Source of the DNA: an uncultured Desulfatitalea sp. | Lineage (GTDB): Bacteria > Desulfobacterota > Desulfobacteria > Desulfobacterales > Desulfosarcinaceae | Reading direction: 5' to 3' | Length of the DNA stretch: 64,000 bases | NCBI GenBank assembly: GCA_963668675.2 | Contig: CAXXMB010000002.1 | Coordinates: 1-64,000, forward strand | Shown: positions 1 to 10,160 of the stretch, piece by piece | Position numbering within the stretch: position 1 is the stretch's first letter | Layout of the letters: every line of letters starts with the position of its first letter | Notes under the pieces: model-generated | Told to the model about the DNA's origin: nothing | What the model saw: the letters and a program-made list of their open reading frames with translations, nothing else | Databases searched by the model: none | Made by a program: the position numbers and the translations under genes

Positions 1-316
1 TGATCCGCATGGCGCTGTCGGCGATGGCCTCCAGGCCGGATGCACAGAAACGGTTAACTGTGGCGCCGGACACCTTCTCCGGGAACCCGGCGATCTTGGC
101 GGCGTTGCGGCCGATATTAAGGCCCTGCTCGGCTTCGGGAAAAGCGCAACCGACCATAACGTCATCGATATCATTGGGATCGAGCTGGGGAACCTTCTCG
201 ACCGAGGACTTCAAAATAAAGGAGATCAGGTCCATCGGCAGTGTATCCTTGAAGGCGCCTTTGGCCCGCTTGCAGCCCGGGGTGCGGACTGCGCTGACGA
301 TATATGCTTCTTTCAT
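1..316 (-). CDS. Thiolase (acetyl-CoA C-acyltransferase), N-terminal part, runs off the window
   Basis: Manual translation from ATG at 316: MKEAYIVSAVRTPGCKRAKGAFKD...DDVMVGCAFPEAEQGLNIGR...TVNRFCASGLEAIA, which contains the thiolase catalytic Cys motif. Not in the ORF track. GGAGG RBS upstream. Confidence 0.93.
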   Translation of the reverse strand, partial: MKEAYIVSAVRTPGCKRAKGAFKDTLPMDLISFILKSSVEKVPQLDPNDIDDVMVGCAFPEAEQGLNIGRNAAKIAGFPEKVSGATVNRFCASGLEAIADSAMRI

Positions 317-374
317 GGTATCCCTCCACAAATAGGTTGGGTTGATTATCTAGCCTACACCATAAGTAAGGCCA

Positions 375-2780
375 TTAGTTGCGCAACGGTTTGCCCGTCT
401 TGAGCATGTGATCGATCCTGGCGATGGTCTTCTCCTGTTTGGTCAGGTCGACGAAAGTGGCCCGTTCCAGCGCCAGCATCGTGTCCTCGCTGACATAACC
501 GCCGCTTCGGCTGCGTCCGCCACCGATGGCAAAGGCGATCCGACTTGCAAGGTAGGCGTCGTATTCACTGGCGTATCCGGCTGCCGTCATATTGATCAGT
601 TCGGCGTTGACAACACCGAAAGCCGCTTCACCCATCACCCGCAACGGCCGTTTCACCGGTGGTGTATAACCGTCGTCAACCATGCGCAACACCTCTTTCT
701 TGGCTTCGCCGATCAGGTGGTCGCGGTTGAATACGATGCGATCCTTGGGTCCCAGGAATCCTCGGGCACGGGCCTCAGCCGCCGAAGTGGAGACCTGGGC
801 CATGCCAATGGCCTGGAATACCGGAATGAAGAATTTGGTCAGCTCGACATCTTTCACTGTGGGCGGAATGTTCTCCATCACCTTACGCCACAATGCCGAA
901 CAGCCGGTGCCGCCGGGCAGAAGACCGACGCCGACCTCGACCAATCCCATGTATAGTTCGGAGTGGGCCACGATGCGGTCCGCCCCAAGGCAGATTTCGC
1001 AACCGCCGCCCAGTGCAAGACCGAACGGCGCTGCCACCACGGGGTAGCTGCAGTAGCGGCTGTGTTGAATCGCGTCCTGGAGACGCTTGACCCCCTCTTC
1101 AATTTGATCGAAGGCCCCTTGCTTAGCCCCTTCACGAACCTGATTCAGATCTGCTCCGGCCGAAAACGCACCGGGCATGCCACCGGCCTGGTTGCCAATA
1201 ACCATGCCGACGCCGTTGGCATCCACATAGGCATGGGCCTGTTCCAGGAATTCGATGATTTGGTCATTCAATGCGTTCATCTTGGTGTGGAACTCGGCGC
1301 AGAAAACGCCGTCGCCCAGATCGATCAGGGATGCGGAATCGTTGCCCAGCACCACGCCCTTTTCCGCTTTGAGCATGGCCAGGGAGATCACCGTCTCGCC
1401 GGTTTCAATGGCTTTGTAGCCTTTGCTGTCAAAGTCGTAGTAGAGACGCTGTCCCTTTTCAGTCTTGTAGAAAGTGGTATTTCCGCCGTCGAGCATCTCT
1501 TTGATCTTGGCCGGTACCGGCAGGCCATCTTTCTCCATCCGCTCGACCACCTTGGCAACCCCCATCAGATCCCACCCCTCGAACGGGCCGCGATCCATGC
1601 CGTAGCCCCAGCGCATGGCATTGTCGATCTCAACGATGGTGTCGGAGATCTCGGGGATGCGGTTGACTGCATAGATCAACCCCTCGGCCACGCAGCGCCA
1701 GACAAACTTGGAGCCTTTGTCGTCACCGAAAACCATGGCCTGCATCTTATCTTCGTCGGTTTTGGCTTTCTTGGCTGCAGCCAGGCAGGGGAAATCGGGC
1801 TTGGCGTACTCGTTATATTCAAAGGTGTTGAGGTCCAACACCTTGCGGATCTTCTTCCACTCAGGCGTCAGATCAGTCTTGTAGAAACCGCCCTTGGTCT
1901 TGTTGCCCAGCATTTTGTTGTCGAGCATCTTCTTTACGAAATCGGGCAGGACGAAAGCGTCACGGGCTTCGTCATCGGTCACCAACTCGTAGGTGTTCTG
2001 GGACACATGGGCGGCAATGTCCAGACCAACCAGGTCGGTGGTCTTGAACACACCGGTTTTGGGACGGCCCATGGCGGGTCCGAACAGGGCGTCGACTTCG
2101 GGTATGGTCAAACCCTCTTCTATCATCAGTTGCATGGTGCGCGTCGATCCATGTACGCCGATGCGGTTGCCGATGAAATTAGGGGTGTCCTTGGCCCAGA
2201 CAATGCCTTTACCCAATTTGCGCTCACCGAAGGCGGCCATAAAATTCAAAACTTCAGACGAGGTCTCTTCACCGGGGATGATCTCCAGCAGCTTCATATA
2301 ACGGACGGGATTGAAAAAGTGGGTTCCGAGAAAGTGCTGCTTGAACTCACTGCCCAGACCCTCGCTCATGGCTTTCAACGGAATACCGGAGGTGTTGGAC
2401 GAAACGACAGCGTCTTTTTTCCGCACCGGCTCGATGCGCTTGAGCAGCTCCTGCTTGATTTTCAGGTTCTCGACCACCACTTCCACAATCCAGTCGCAAT
2501 CGGCCAACTTGTCGAAATCGTCCTCCATGTTGCCGATGGAGATCAGATCGGCATCGCTCGGATGCATAAGCGCCGCCGGTCTGGCCTTCTGGATGCCCTG
2601 CATGCCTGCTGTAACAATTCGATTGCGCGCTTTGGGATCCTTTTTTTCGTCCTCTGTGAGATCGAACGGAACGATATCCAGCAAAAGTGTCTTGATGCCG
2701 GCGCTGGCCAAAAGAGCCGCAATGCCCCCGCCCATCACACCGGATCCGATGACCGCTGCTTTCCTTATCTTTCTACTCAT
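375..2780 (-). CDS. fadN: 3-hydroxyacyl-CoA dehydrogenase/enoyl-CoA hydratase (FadN-like)
   Basis: GSGVMGGG NAD-binding motif, SNTSG, HFFNPVRYM and a C-terminal crotonase domain (ALGGGCE, GLVEVGVGLLPG). Start placed at MSRKIRK after GAGGAGG. Confidence 0.9.
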   Translation of the reverse strand: MSRKIRKAAVIGSGVMGGGIAALLASAGIKTLLLDIVPFDLTEDEKKDPKARNRIVTAGMQGIQKARPAALMHPSDADLISIGNMEDDFDKLADCDWIVEVVVENLKIKQELLKRIEPVRKKDAVVSSNTSGIPLKAMSEGLGSEFKQHFLGTHFFNPVRYMKLLEIIPGEETSSEVLNFMAAFGERKLGKGIVWAKDTPNFIGNRIGVHGSTRTMQLMIEEGLTIPEVDALFGPAMGRPKTGVFKTTDLVGLDIAAHVSQNTYELVTDDEARDAFVLPDFVKKMLDNKMLGNKTKGGFYKTDLTPEWKKIRKVLDLNTFEYNEYAKPDFPCLAAAKKAKTDEDKMQAMVFGDDKGSKFVWRCVAEGLIYAVNRIPEISDTIVEIDNAMRWGYGMDRGPFEGWDLMGVAKVVERMEKDGLPVPAKIKEMLDGGNTTFYKTEKGQRLYYDFDSKGYKAIETGETVISLAMLKAEKGVVLGNDSASLIDLGDGVFCAEFHTKMNALNDQIIEFLEQAHAYVDANGVGMVIGNQAGGMPGAFSAGADLNQVREGAKQGAFDQIEEGVKRLQDAIQHSRYCSYPVVAAPFGLALGGGCEICLGADRIVAHSELYMGLVEVGVGLLPGGTGCSALWRKVMENIPPTVKDVELTKFFIPVFQAIGMAQVSTSAAEARARGFLGPKDRIVFNRDHLIGEAKKEVLRMVDDGYTPPVKRPLRVMGEAAFGVVNAELINMTAAGYASEYDAYLASRIAFAIGGGRSRSGGYVSEDTMLALERATFVDLTKQEKTIARIDHMLKTGKPLRN

Positions 2781-2873
2781 GAGACCTCCTCGTACCGAAA
2801 AGTGCAGTTTGTTTGCCGGATAGCGTATCAACCAATGGTCCGGCGTTATAGGTTGTGTTCGAAAAATTAATTA

Positions 2874-2891
2874 TGAATGAACATTCATTCA
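2874..2891. promoter_or_regulatory. Palindromic operator TGAATGAA-CA-TTCATTCA, FadR(YsiA)/TetR-type box
   Basis: Perfect 8-bp inverted arms about 95 bp upstream of fadN. Resembles the Bacillus FadR box TGAATGAnTAnTCATTCA (recalled). Confidence 0.7.
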
Positions 2892-3112
2892 GTTAGCAGA
2901 ACAGACAAAACCATGTCAAGCGCTAAATCCGGATTTTCGAAGCCAATAGCGTTCCAACTCAACCCGAAAGTTGGCGAATCACGACGCGCAAAGTTGTTTG
3001 GCTGCCGACCAATCCATGCCCAGGCCAACATCTTTACATTACAGAGGGTTTATGACATCATGGCCGCCATTCAAGTGCCGCTTGAGACAAACCAAAGCTG
3101 AGGTGCCTCGTC

Positions 3113-3436
3113 ATGACCGACGTAAATGATATCGTACTGATATACCTTGAAGATCAACCCCAGGCCTTTGCCCGCGTCGAAGCCATCGAACCGGATGTGA
3201 AGCGCGACTGGTACCATGTCAAACTGTTGCTGCTGCAGATTCCCCTGATGGTGGTCACCTGGATTCTCAGAGACGTCTATATAGAAGGTGAAAGCTTCAC
3301 CATGGAGGGCAAATCGATGCGGCTGGAGCGGGTGGTCAGCCCTGACATGCCGGAAAATTCCGACGAAGAGAGCAATATCAATGAGGGCGACAAGAAGGGC
3401 AAGGTGATCTCCCTCGTCGATCTGAAAAAGAGATAG
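3113..3436 (+). CDS. Hypothetical protein
   Basis: 107 aa with GAGG RBS; abuts the next ORF; ends in a KVISL-type tail. Confidence 0.75.
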   Translation: MTDVNDIVLIYLEDQPQAFARVEAIEPDVKRDWYHVKLLLLQIPLMVVTWILRDVYIEGESFTMEGKSMRLERVVSPDMPENSDEESNINEGDKKGKVISLVDLKKR

Positions 3437-4384
3437 ATGCAACGGGTTGTTCTGTCAGCATCGCGGCGTACCGACATCCCCGCGTTTTATATGCCGTGGT
3501 TCATGGCGCAAATCCGAAAGGGGCACTTCGAAGTCCCTCACCCGTACGGCGGGAAAAGCGCCATGATTCCCGCCACCAGCGACCGGGTGCACACCATTGT
3601 CTTCTGGTCTAAAAATTTCGGCCCCTTTATCGAGGGCGGCTACGGAAAACGACTCCTCGACCAGGGCCACAACCTCTACTTCAATTTTACGATCAACTCC
3701 GAAAATGAGAAGCTGGAGCCCGGGGTTCCCCCTCTGACGGAGCGCGTGACGCAAATGGAGCGACTGGCCCATCGCTTCGGACCAAAAACCATCCAGTGGC
3801 GTTTCGATCCCATTTGCTACTATAAGGATACCGACCGGGAAAGAGACAACCTGAACCAATTTAAAGAGATTGCCCATCGGGCGTCCGCCATGGGGATCGA
3901 TACCTGCATCACCAGCTTTGTGGATCTATACCGCAAGGTGATGCGGCGCCTCTCCACTTCCGGCCTGGAACTTTACGATCCGCCCATGGAGAGAAAGATC
4001 GAACAGATCGCCGCCATGGCGCGTTTTCTGGAGCCGCTGGATATCCGCCTGATGCTCTGCTGCGAAAAGGAGGTGCTGGAGGCCCTTCCGACAGGCGTCA
4101 ACGTATGCGCCGCCGCCTGCATCCCCAACCACCGTCTGGCAGAACTGTACGGCCCGGACCTCACCCTGAGAAAGGACAGCGGGCAACGGGTTGCCTCAGG
4201 ATGCGGGTGCCGCCACTCCAGAGACATCGGCAGCTACCGGCTGCATCCCTGCTACCACAACTGCCTCTTCTGCTATGCCAATCCGGCCAGCGACCGTGGC
4301 AATGGGGGCAGTGCACCAGCGTCGACCACAGACAAGAGAACAGTGTACCAACTACCGAACAGCGGCTCAGAATATGCAAAATAG
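3437..4384 (+). CDS. DUF1848 family protein
   Basis: SASRRTDIPAFY, VFWSKN, WRFDPI and C-terminal DIGSY..CYHNCLFCYAN motifs. Confidence 0.9.
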   Translation: MQRVVLSASRRTDIPAFYMPWFMAQIRKGHFEVPHPYGGKSAMIPATSDRVHTIVFWSKNFGPFIEGGYGKRLLDQGHNLYFNFTINSENEKLEPGVPPLTERVTQMERLAHRFGPKTIQWRFDPICYYKDTDRERDNLNQFKEIAHRASAMGIDTCITSFVDLYRKVMRRLSTSGLELYDPPMERKIEQIAAMARFLEPLDIRLMLCCEKEVLEALPTGVNVCAAACIPNHRLAELYGPDLTLRKDSGQRVASGCGCRHSRDIGSYRLHPCYHNCLFCYANPASDRGNGGSAPASTTDKRTVYQLPNSGSEYAK

Positions 4385-5366
4385 AGAACCCGTCCGCATC
4401 GGCAGGATCGTCCTGGACAATCCAACCGTCTTCGCACCTCTGGCCGGCATCACCCACCTGCCCATGCGCCTGCTGGCCAAATCGGCCGGATGTGCGCTGG
4501 TCTGTTCTGAAATGATCAGCGCCATGGGGCTGATCCACGATGCCGAAAAAACGTACCGCATGCTCGCCAGCGCACCAGAAGAGCGGCCGCTCTCTGTTCA
4601 AATCTTCGGCAGCGACCCGGAAACAATGGCCGAGGCGGCCAGGCTGGTCCAGGCGTCCGGTGCCGCCATTGTAGACATCAACTGCGGTTGCGCCGTCAAA
4701 AAAATACTCAAATGCGGATCGGGCGCGGCCCTGATGCAAGACCTGCGGTCCACGGCTAAACTGCTGCGGGCTGTAAGGGATGCCGTCGACATCCCCTTCA
4801 CCATCAAAATCCGCAGCGGATGGGATGCCTCCGGTGATGACGCCGTGGCGTTGGCGCGCATCGCCCAGGAGTGCGGTGTGGATGCCATAGCCGTACACCC
4901 GAGAACAGCACGCCAGGGCTTTTCCGGCCGGGCCGACTGGTCACTCATCGCCAGGATCAAAAAGGCGCTCTCGATTCCGGTGATCGGCAACGGGGATATA
5001 GTCACCGCCGAAGACGCCCTCCGCATGATCGTCGAAACCGACTGCGACGCGGTCATGGTCGGCCGCGCGGCTATCGGCAACCCCTTCCTCTTCACCCAGA
5101 TTCGTGATCTGCTTTCCGGTCGTGCCCCGCAGCCCCCCTCCCCCTCTGAACGATATGCCATCATGGCCCACTACGTGGACGCTGCAGTGGCATGCTTCGG
5201 TGAAAAAAACGCCTGCTTCATGCTGCGCAGCAAGCTGGGGTGGTTCGCCAAAGGCCTGCCGAGGGCCAGGGAGTTCCGCAACGCCATCCGCCACCTCGGC
5301 TCCCGCAACCAAGCCATCAAGCTCATCGAGATGTTCCAAACCGGGACCGTGCCTCCGTCGATATAA
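4374..5366 (+). CDS. dusB: tRNA-dihydrouridine synthase B
   Basis: APLAGIT, VQIFG, DINCGC..KK...GSGAAL, KIRSGWD, VHPRT, IGNGDI and MVGRAAIGNP motifs. Start placed at MQNREP. Confidence 0.9.
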   Translation: MQNREPVRIGRIVLDNPTVFAPLAGITHLPMRLLAKSAGCALVCSEMISAMGLIHDAEKTYRMLASAPEERPLSVQIFGSDPETMAEAARLVQASGAAIVDINCGCAVKKILKCGSGAALMQDLRSTAKLLRAVRDAVDIPFTIKIRSGWDASGDDAVALARIAQECGVDAIAVHPRTARQGFSGRADWSLIARIKKALSIPVIGNGDIVTAEDALRMIVETDCDAVMVGRAAIGNPFLFTQIRDLLSGRAPQPPSPSERYAIMAHYVDAAVACFGEKNACFMLRSKLGWFAKGLPRAREFRNAIRHLGSRNQAIKLIEMFQTGTVPPSI

Positions 5367-5388
5367 CAAACCGACTCCCAGCGTTGAG

Positions 5389-5487
5389 CTCCCCTCTTTT
5401 CCAAAGGGGTCCGGGGGGGCTTCAATGTCTACCAGACAATGCGAAGCCCTAAAAAATCCCCTAACTCCCCGTTAAAAAAAGAGGACG
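5389..5487. repeat. Degenerate C-rich/G-rich miniature inverted-repeat element
   Basis: CTCCCCTCTTTTCCAAAGGGGTCCGGGGGGG ... AAATCCCCTAACTCCCCGTTAAAAAAAGAGG, imperfect inverted arms after dusB. Confidence 0.45.
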
Positions 5488-5736
5488 TTTATCTACTGCC
5501 ACCTCCTCGGCGGTTCATCGGTTCATCTATTGTCAGGCGACTACGAATATGATATTTGCTCTGAATCTTATCTTGCACAATAGAGCAAAACGCAACGCAC
5601 ACCTCTCTCTTGTTTTGCCCGCCATTGTGCCCCGGCGGAGATGGCGAAACGAAGTAAAAGCACCGCCGCATGCATCGATTTCGGACATGCCAACCGGCCT
5701 GACGATTAGAAAAACAGAACCACTTGAGGAACGTAA

Positions 5737-6765
5737 ATGGAAACCCAAAGCGCTGCGCAAGGGATCTTATTCATTGATGATGAAGAGGGGGTGCGCCGCT
5801 CAGTCAAGCGAGCGTTGAAACGAGAACCTTACAACATCTACACCGCCATCGACGGTCACGAGGGAATCGATTTCGTCAAAGGCCGTCGGGAAAATGTCGT
5901 CACAGTGGTGTCGGACTTCAAGATGCCGGGTATCGACGGCCTTGAAACCCTCAAAATCATCGGCGGCATTAATCCCGACATCACACGCATCATCCTCACC
6001 GGCTACGCCACCATGGAGGCCGCCATCGACGCAACCAATAGCGGCATTGACGGTTTCCTGACCAAACCCTTCGACAACGTGGAGCTGCGCGCCAAAATCC
6101 GCGACATATGGATTCGCAAACATCTGCGTCAATTCGTCTCCGAGCAGATCTACGAAGAGATCAACAAATCGCCAATATCGCTTGCCCCACGATTTCAGGA
6201 GGTCACCATTCTCTTCTCGGATATCCGCAACTTCACCACCATGTCCCAGCATGTCTCCCCAAGGGCACTGGTCGACTTCCTCAATAACGACTACTTCGCT
6301 CCAATGGGTGACATCGCTCACCAGTACCAGGGCACCCTGGACAAACATATCGGCGACAGCATGATGGTTGTCTTCGGCAGCCCAGCCGCACGCCCGAACG
6401 ACGCCCAACGCGCGGTCCAGGCCGCCATAGCCATGCAGCAAAGAGCCACCGCCATCAACCGCCAGTTTACAAACCACCCCCACCTTAAATTGCAAACCGG
6501 CATCGGCATCGCCAGCGGCAACGTCTTCTCCGGCATCATGGGATCGATACGCAAAAAAGAGTTTACCTGCGTCGGCATGGCCGTCAATATCGCCGCACGC
6601 CTTCAAGGCCTGGCCAAAGGGGGAGAGATCCTGGTGGACGCCACCACCGCGGCCCAAATCGAAGCGCACATCGCGATGGAATCCCTCCATGATGTCTCTG
6701 TCAAGGGGCTGGACGAATCGATTCAGGTCTTTCGCATCAAGGCTGAAACACCCTTGTCATCCTGA
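5737..6765 (+). CDS. Receiver domain fused to class III adenylate/guanylate cyclase
   Basis: N-terminal REC (IDDE, SDFKMPG, LTGY, TKPF). C-terminal cyclase (FSDIRNFT, DKHIGDS, VNIAARLQ). Confidence 0.92.
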   Translation: METQSAAQGILFIDDEEGVRRSVKRALKREPYNIYTAIDGHEGIDFVKGRRENVVTVVSDFKMPGIDGLETLKIIGGINPDITRIILTGYATMEAAIDATNSGIDGFLTKPFDNVELRAKIRDIWIRKHLRQFVSEQIYEEINKSPISLAPRFQEVTILFSDIRNFTTMSQHVSPRALVDFLNNDYFAPMGDIAHQYQGTLDKHIGDSMMVVFGSPAARPNDAQRAVQAAIAMQQRATAINRQFTNHPHLKLQTGIGIASGNVFSGIMGSIRKKEFTCVGMAVNIAARLQGLAKGGEILVDATTAAQIEAHIAMESLHDVSVKGLDESIQVFRIKAETPLSS

Positions 6766-7137
6766 CCGCCTGCGTGAGAATCGAGGCAACTTTAGACGCC
6801 ATCGACGCCAACCCCTGTTCTACTCCCATAGTGATTCACTGAAGCAGAAACGAACCGGTGATACTCTCGTTCATGATTTTGATGGTATTGATCACGTCAT
6901 CGGCCCCTCATCACGGCTTTGTCTTCTCAATTTGCAGCGGCGAGCTCGAGACGCCTCGTACCATACCACCCGATCGTTTCTCGCTGATGTGCTATGCCAT
7001 CGAACGCTCGGGGCAACGGAGAACTGGCATAAAAACGCAGTGGCGGTTGCGTTTACAGAGGTTTTGGCGCTATAAATTTGGATTGGCAACATGCGCAATT
7101 ACTTGTCCTGCATTTTTAGACTAAAAATAGGAAGCAC

Positions 7138-8925
7138 ATGAATCAATTTGCCGGCACCAGTCTTAAAACACGGCTATATTTGCTGGTTTTGGTAGCGTTT
7201 ATACCGGTGGCGATTCTCATCGTGTATGTCGCAGAAGAACAAAAGGCGATCGAGAAGGACGCCATTTTGCACAAAACCAAACTGCTGGCACAGACTACGG
7301 CAGATGCAGAGAGCCTGCAGGTGGAGGCCACCGGTGATCTAATGGTTGCCGTGGCAGAGGTTTTCAAAATGGCCCCCAGCCAACCGGACCAGTTATCCGG
7401 ATTACTGGCCGATCTGACGAATCAAGCGAAAGGATACGCAGCATTCGGCATTCTCGACCCCAGCGGCCATCTGATCGCCGGCAGCAAAGCGTCAACGAAA
7501 AGCGATTACAGCGGCCAGGAATGGTTCTCGGCGACTCTCGAACAGAAAAGCCTGGTCATGGGGCCGTACCATGGTGAACGTATCAATGGAAAGCCGGTAA
7601 TCTATTTTGCGCGACCTATTCTTACCAGTGCCCAAAAGGTGACGGCCGTAGCCTTTGCAGCAATTGATCTGAATTGGATGAACCGTAGTGTTTTCAGGCA
7701 GCTGGCCGAAATGCCAGGAGGCTCCCGGCTGACACTTGTGGGTAAAAATCAACTCTTGCTGCAGTATGAGGTGGACACCGCCCGGTGGATGGTTCCGCAG
7801 CCCCTCGATCCAAAACTTCAGCAGCAGATTGTAAAACGGCCATCGGGTATCCTGATTGCCGATGATGCAACGGGGACCTCTCGGATTTATGCATTTGCCC
7901 ACCTGCAGAGCGCTCTCAGGCAAGACCAGGTCTCCACTGTGCTGGAGATTCCACAGAGAGTGGCCTTGGCTGCATCGAAACGCATTTTTACCCGCAACAT
8001 AGCCCTTCTGACCATATCGGCACTAGTAGCGGTGCTATCCATCTGGTGGGCAGCCGACATTTTTATTCTCCGGCGAGTCGGAGCGATGGCCCGGGCCAGC
8101 CGCCGCCTGGCAGCTGGCGATTTACGGGCGCGCATCGGGCCAATCGGCGTTCGTGATGAACTGAGTCATCTGGCAGGGGTATTCGACGAAATGGCCGAAT
8201 CTCTCCAGATCCGTATGGAGAGAGAAGAGCAGGTGATGGCGACCCTGAAAAGTTCCCGGGAACAGCTCCGCCGGTTGACTGCATATCAAAATGAGGTCCG
8301 TGAACAGGAGCGTGCCCGCATCGCCCGCGAAATCCACGACCAACTCGGCCAGTCGCTAACCATCTTAAAAATGGATCTTGCCTGGATAAAAAGACACAGG
8401 GAAGTGAATGATGGCGCAGTGGGGAAAAAGATGGAAGGCATGTTTCAGCTGATCGAGGAGGCTTTGGAAGACCTGCATACGGTCATCGCGGAACTGAGGC
8501 CTGTGATATTGGACGACTTCGGATTGGCCGCCGCCATTGAATGGCAGGTGGAAATGTTTCGTAACCGCAGCGGAATCGATTGCAGGCTCGAAAACGATGA
8601 CTTCGAACCGAACCTGCCAAAGAACCACGCAACGGCGATCTTCCGGATCTTTCAGGAGCTATTGACCAACATTATCCGGCATGCCCAAGCCGATGTTGTG
8701 GTCGTACGTCTGGAGAAGCACGATGGCAAGCTCCTTCTGGACGTCGAGGACAATGGTCGAGGCATCACAGAAGCTGAAATCAATTCTCCGCAAGCATTCG
8801 GCCTGCTGGGAATACGCGAACGCCTGTATCCTCTTGGCGGAAGCATTTCCTTCGAGGGCAGGCCAGATCAAGGGACTAAAGTTACCATCCATCTTCCCTT
8901 GCCTTATGAAGGAGTCACACCATGA
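7138..8925 (+). CDS. Sensor histidine kinase (periplasmic sensor, HAMP, HisKA_3)
   Basis: Two TM segments, HAMP (DELSHLAGVFDEM), ERARIAREIHDQLGQ, QELLTNIIRHA, DNGRG, FGLLGIRER. Confidence 0.93.
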   Translation: MNQFAGTSLKTRLYLLVLVAFIPVAILIVYVAEEQKAIEKDAILHKTKLLAQTTADAESLQVEATGDLMVAVAEVFKMAPSQPDQLSGLLADLTNQAKGYAAFGILDPSGHLIAGSKASTKSDYSGQEWFSATLEQKSLVMGPYHGERINGKPVIYFARPILTSAQKVTAVAFAAIDLNWMNRSVFRQLAEMPGGSRLTLVGKNQLLLQYEVDTARWMVPQPLDPKLQQQIVKRPSGILIADDATGTSRIYAFAHLQSALRQDQVSTVLEIPQRVALAASKRIFTRNIALLTISALVAVLSIWWAADIFILRRVGAMARASRRLAAGDLRARIGPIGVRDELSHLAGVFDEMAESLQIRMEREEQVMATLKSSREQLRRLTAYQNEVREQERARIAREIHDQLGQSLTILKMDLAWIKRHREVNDGAVGKKMEGMFQLIEEALEDLHTVIAELRPVILDDFGLAAAIEWQVEMFRNRSGIDCRLENDDFEPNLPKNHATAIFRIFQELLTNIIRHAQADVVVVRLEKHDGKLLLDVEDNGRGITEAEINSPQAFGLLGIRERLYPLGGSISFEGRPDQGTKVTIHLPLPYEGVTP

Positions 8926-9554
8926 TAAATGTCGCCATCGCCGATGATCATCCTATCGTACGTGCAGGATTGAAACAGATCATCACCGAAGAGATCGATA
9001 TCACTGTCGCCGGCGAGGCCTCCAATGGTGTCGAGCTGCTGGCACTGGTTCGGCATCATGATTACGACGTGGTCTTGCTTGACCTGACCATGCCAGGAAT
9101 GGACGGATTGGATGTCCTCAAACAGCTGAAGATCGACAAACCCCATCTGCCGGTGGTCGTCCTTACCATTCAGCCGGAATCTCAGTACGCCCTGAGAATT
9201 TTGAAGGCAGGTGCATCCGGCTACCTGACAAAAGCAAGCGCCGACGAAGAGCTGATCAGGGCCATCCGCAAAGTGCACCGGGGGGGCAAATACATCAGTC
9301 CGTCCCTGGCCGAAAAAATCGCCTTTGCCCTGGATGAAGATTCTCACAAACTGCCGCATGAGACCCTTTCCGATCGTGAATATCAGGTACTGTGTCTGAT
9401 CGGAGCTGGAAAAACCGTGTCCCAAATTGCCGACGGACTATCCTTGAGCGTAAAAACGGTCAGCACTTACCGCGCCCGCATTCTAGAGAAGATGCATTTA
9501 GAAAACAATGCGGAGTTGATCCACTATGCGGTTCAGAATGGCATAGTGGATTGA
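8922..9554 (+). CDS. NarL/LuxR-family response regulator
   Basis: ADDHPIVRAG, DLTMPG and LSDRE...LSVKTVSTYRARILEK HTH. Overlaps the kinase stop. Confidence 0.95.
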   Translation: MINVAIADDHPIVRAGLKQIITEEIDITVAGEASNGVELLALVRHHDYDVVLLDLTMPGMDGLDVLKQLKIDKPHLPVVVLTIQPESQYALRILKAGASGYLTKASADEELIRAIRKVHRGGKYISPSLAEKIAFALDEDSHKLPHETLSDREYQVLCLIGAGKTVSQIADGLSLSVKTVSTYRARILEKMHLENNAELIHYAVQNGIVD

Positions 9555-9641
9555 GCCTTTCGTCCGCATCCCTGGCTGTAATCCCTCTTTTACAAATTCA
9601 TCATCTCTTATCCTTCCGGCGTATGTGAGCATACCCGTTGC

Positions 9642-9705
9642 TGTCGGACAAACACCGACACCATCTCCCTCCCAACACCTACAACAAGATCAGATGACCA
9701 CCGAT
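9642..9705 (+). promoter_or_regulatory. Array of GTCGG-N7-CCGAC-like sites at a 23-bp period
   Basis: TGTCGG-ACAAACA-CCGACA (9642-9660), half-site CCTAC (9678-9682) and ATCAG-N7-CCGAT (9689-9705). The same layout occurs upstream of degP. Confidence 0.6.
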
Positions 9706-9760
9706 TTTCTTCCTGCGAGATCGTTTTTACTATTGGGCTACGAAAACAAGGAGCAGACGA

Positions 9761-10126
9761 ATGAAAAAAGTGCTGATCATCGACGATTCTCCCATGGTCC
9801 GAGAGCGAATCACCTCACTCCTGGTCGAATCTCCGCAAATTCGCATCATCGGCGAAGCCGGCAGCGGTGGTGAAGCCCTCGAGGTTTTACGGCATGAAAA
9901 ACCCGATACCGTCATCCTCGATATCCACCTGCCCGACCAGAACGGCATCACACTGCTGAAAATGTTCAAATCGCGTTATCCGGAAATGACCGTCATCATG
10001 CTGACCAACCTTGACGATCCACGCTACCGGCAGCAGTGCCGACGACTGGGTGCGGATCACTTTCTGAGCAAGGCCGGGGAGTTTGAAAAAATCGTCGATA
10101 CGATCACCAACGATCAAATGCACTGA
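9761..10126 (+). CDS. Single-domain response regulator
   Basis: IDDS, LDIHLPD and MLT..K receiver motifs; 121 aa; AAGGAG RBS. Confidence 0.9.
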   Translation: MKKVLIIDDSPMVRERITSLLVESPQIRIIGEAGSGGEALEVLRHEKPDTVILDIHLPDQNGITLLKMFKSRYPEMTVIMLTNLDDPRYRQQCRRLGADHFLSKAGEFEKIVDTITNDQMH

Positions 10127-10160
10127 AACAAACCAAGCGCATCAATGAAAGGAGTAGCTC

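Noticed and set aside
963..2870. 635-aa plus-strand ORF and similar long antisense ORFs (e.g. 44929-46374, 50357-51787, 61588-62865)
   Set aside because: They are shadows of well-supported genes on the opposite strand in GC-rich DNA and have no recognisable motifs.
6766..7137. Short ORFs in the gap before the sensor kinase
   Set aside because: No RBS or motif support; several overlapping frames are equally weak.
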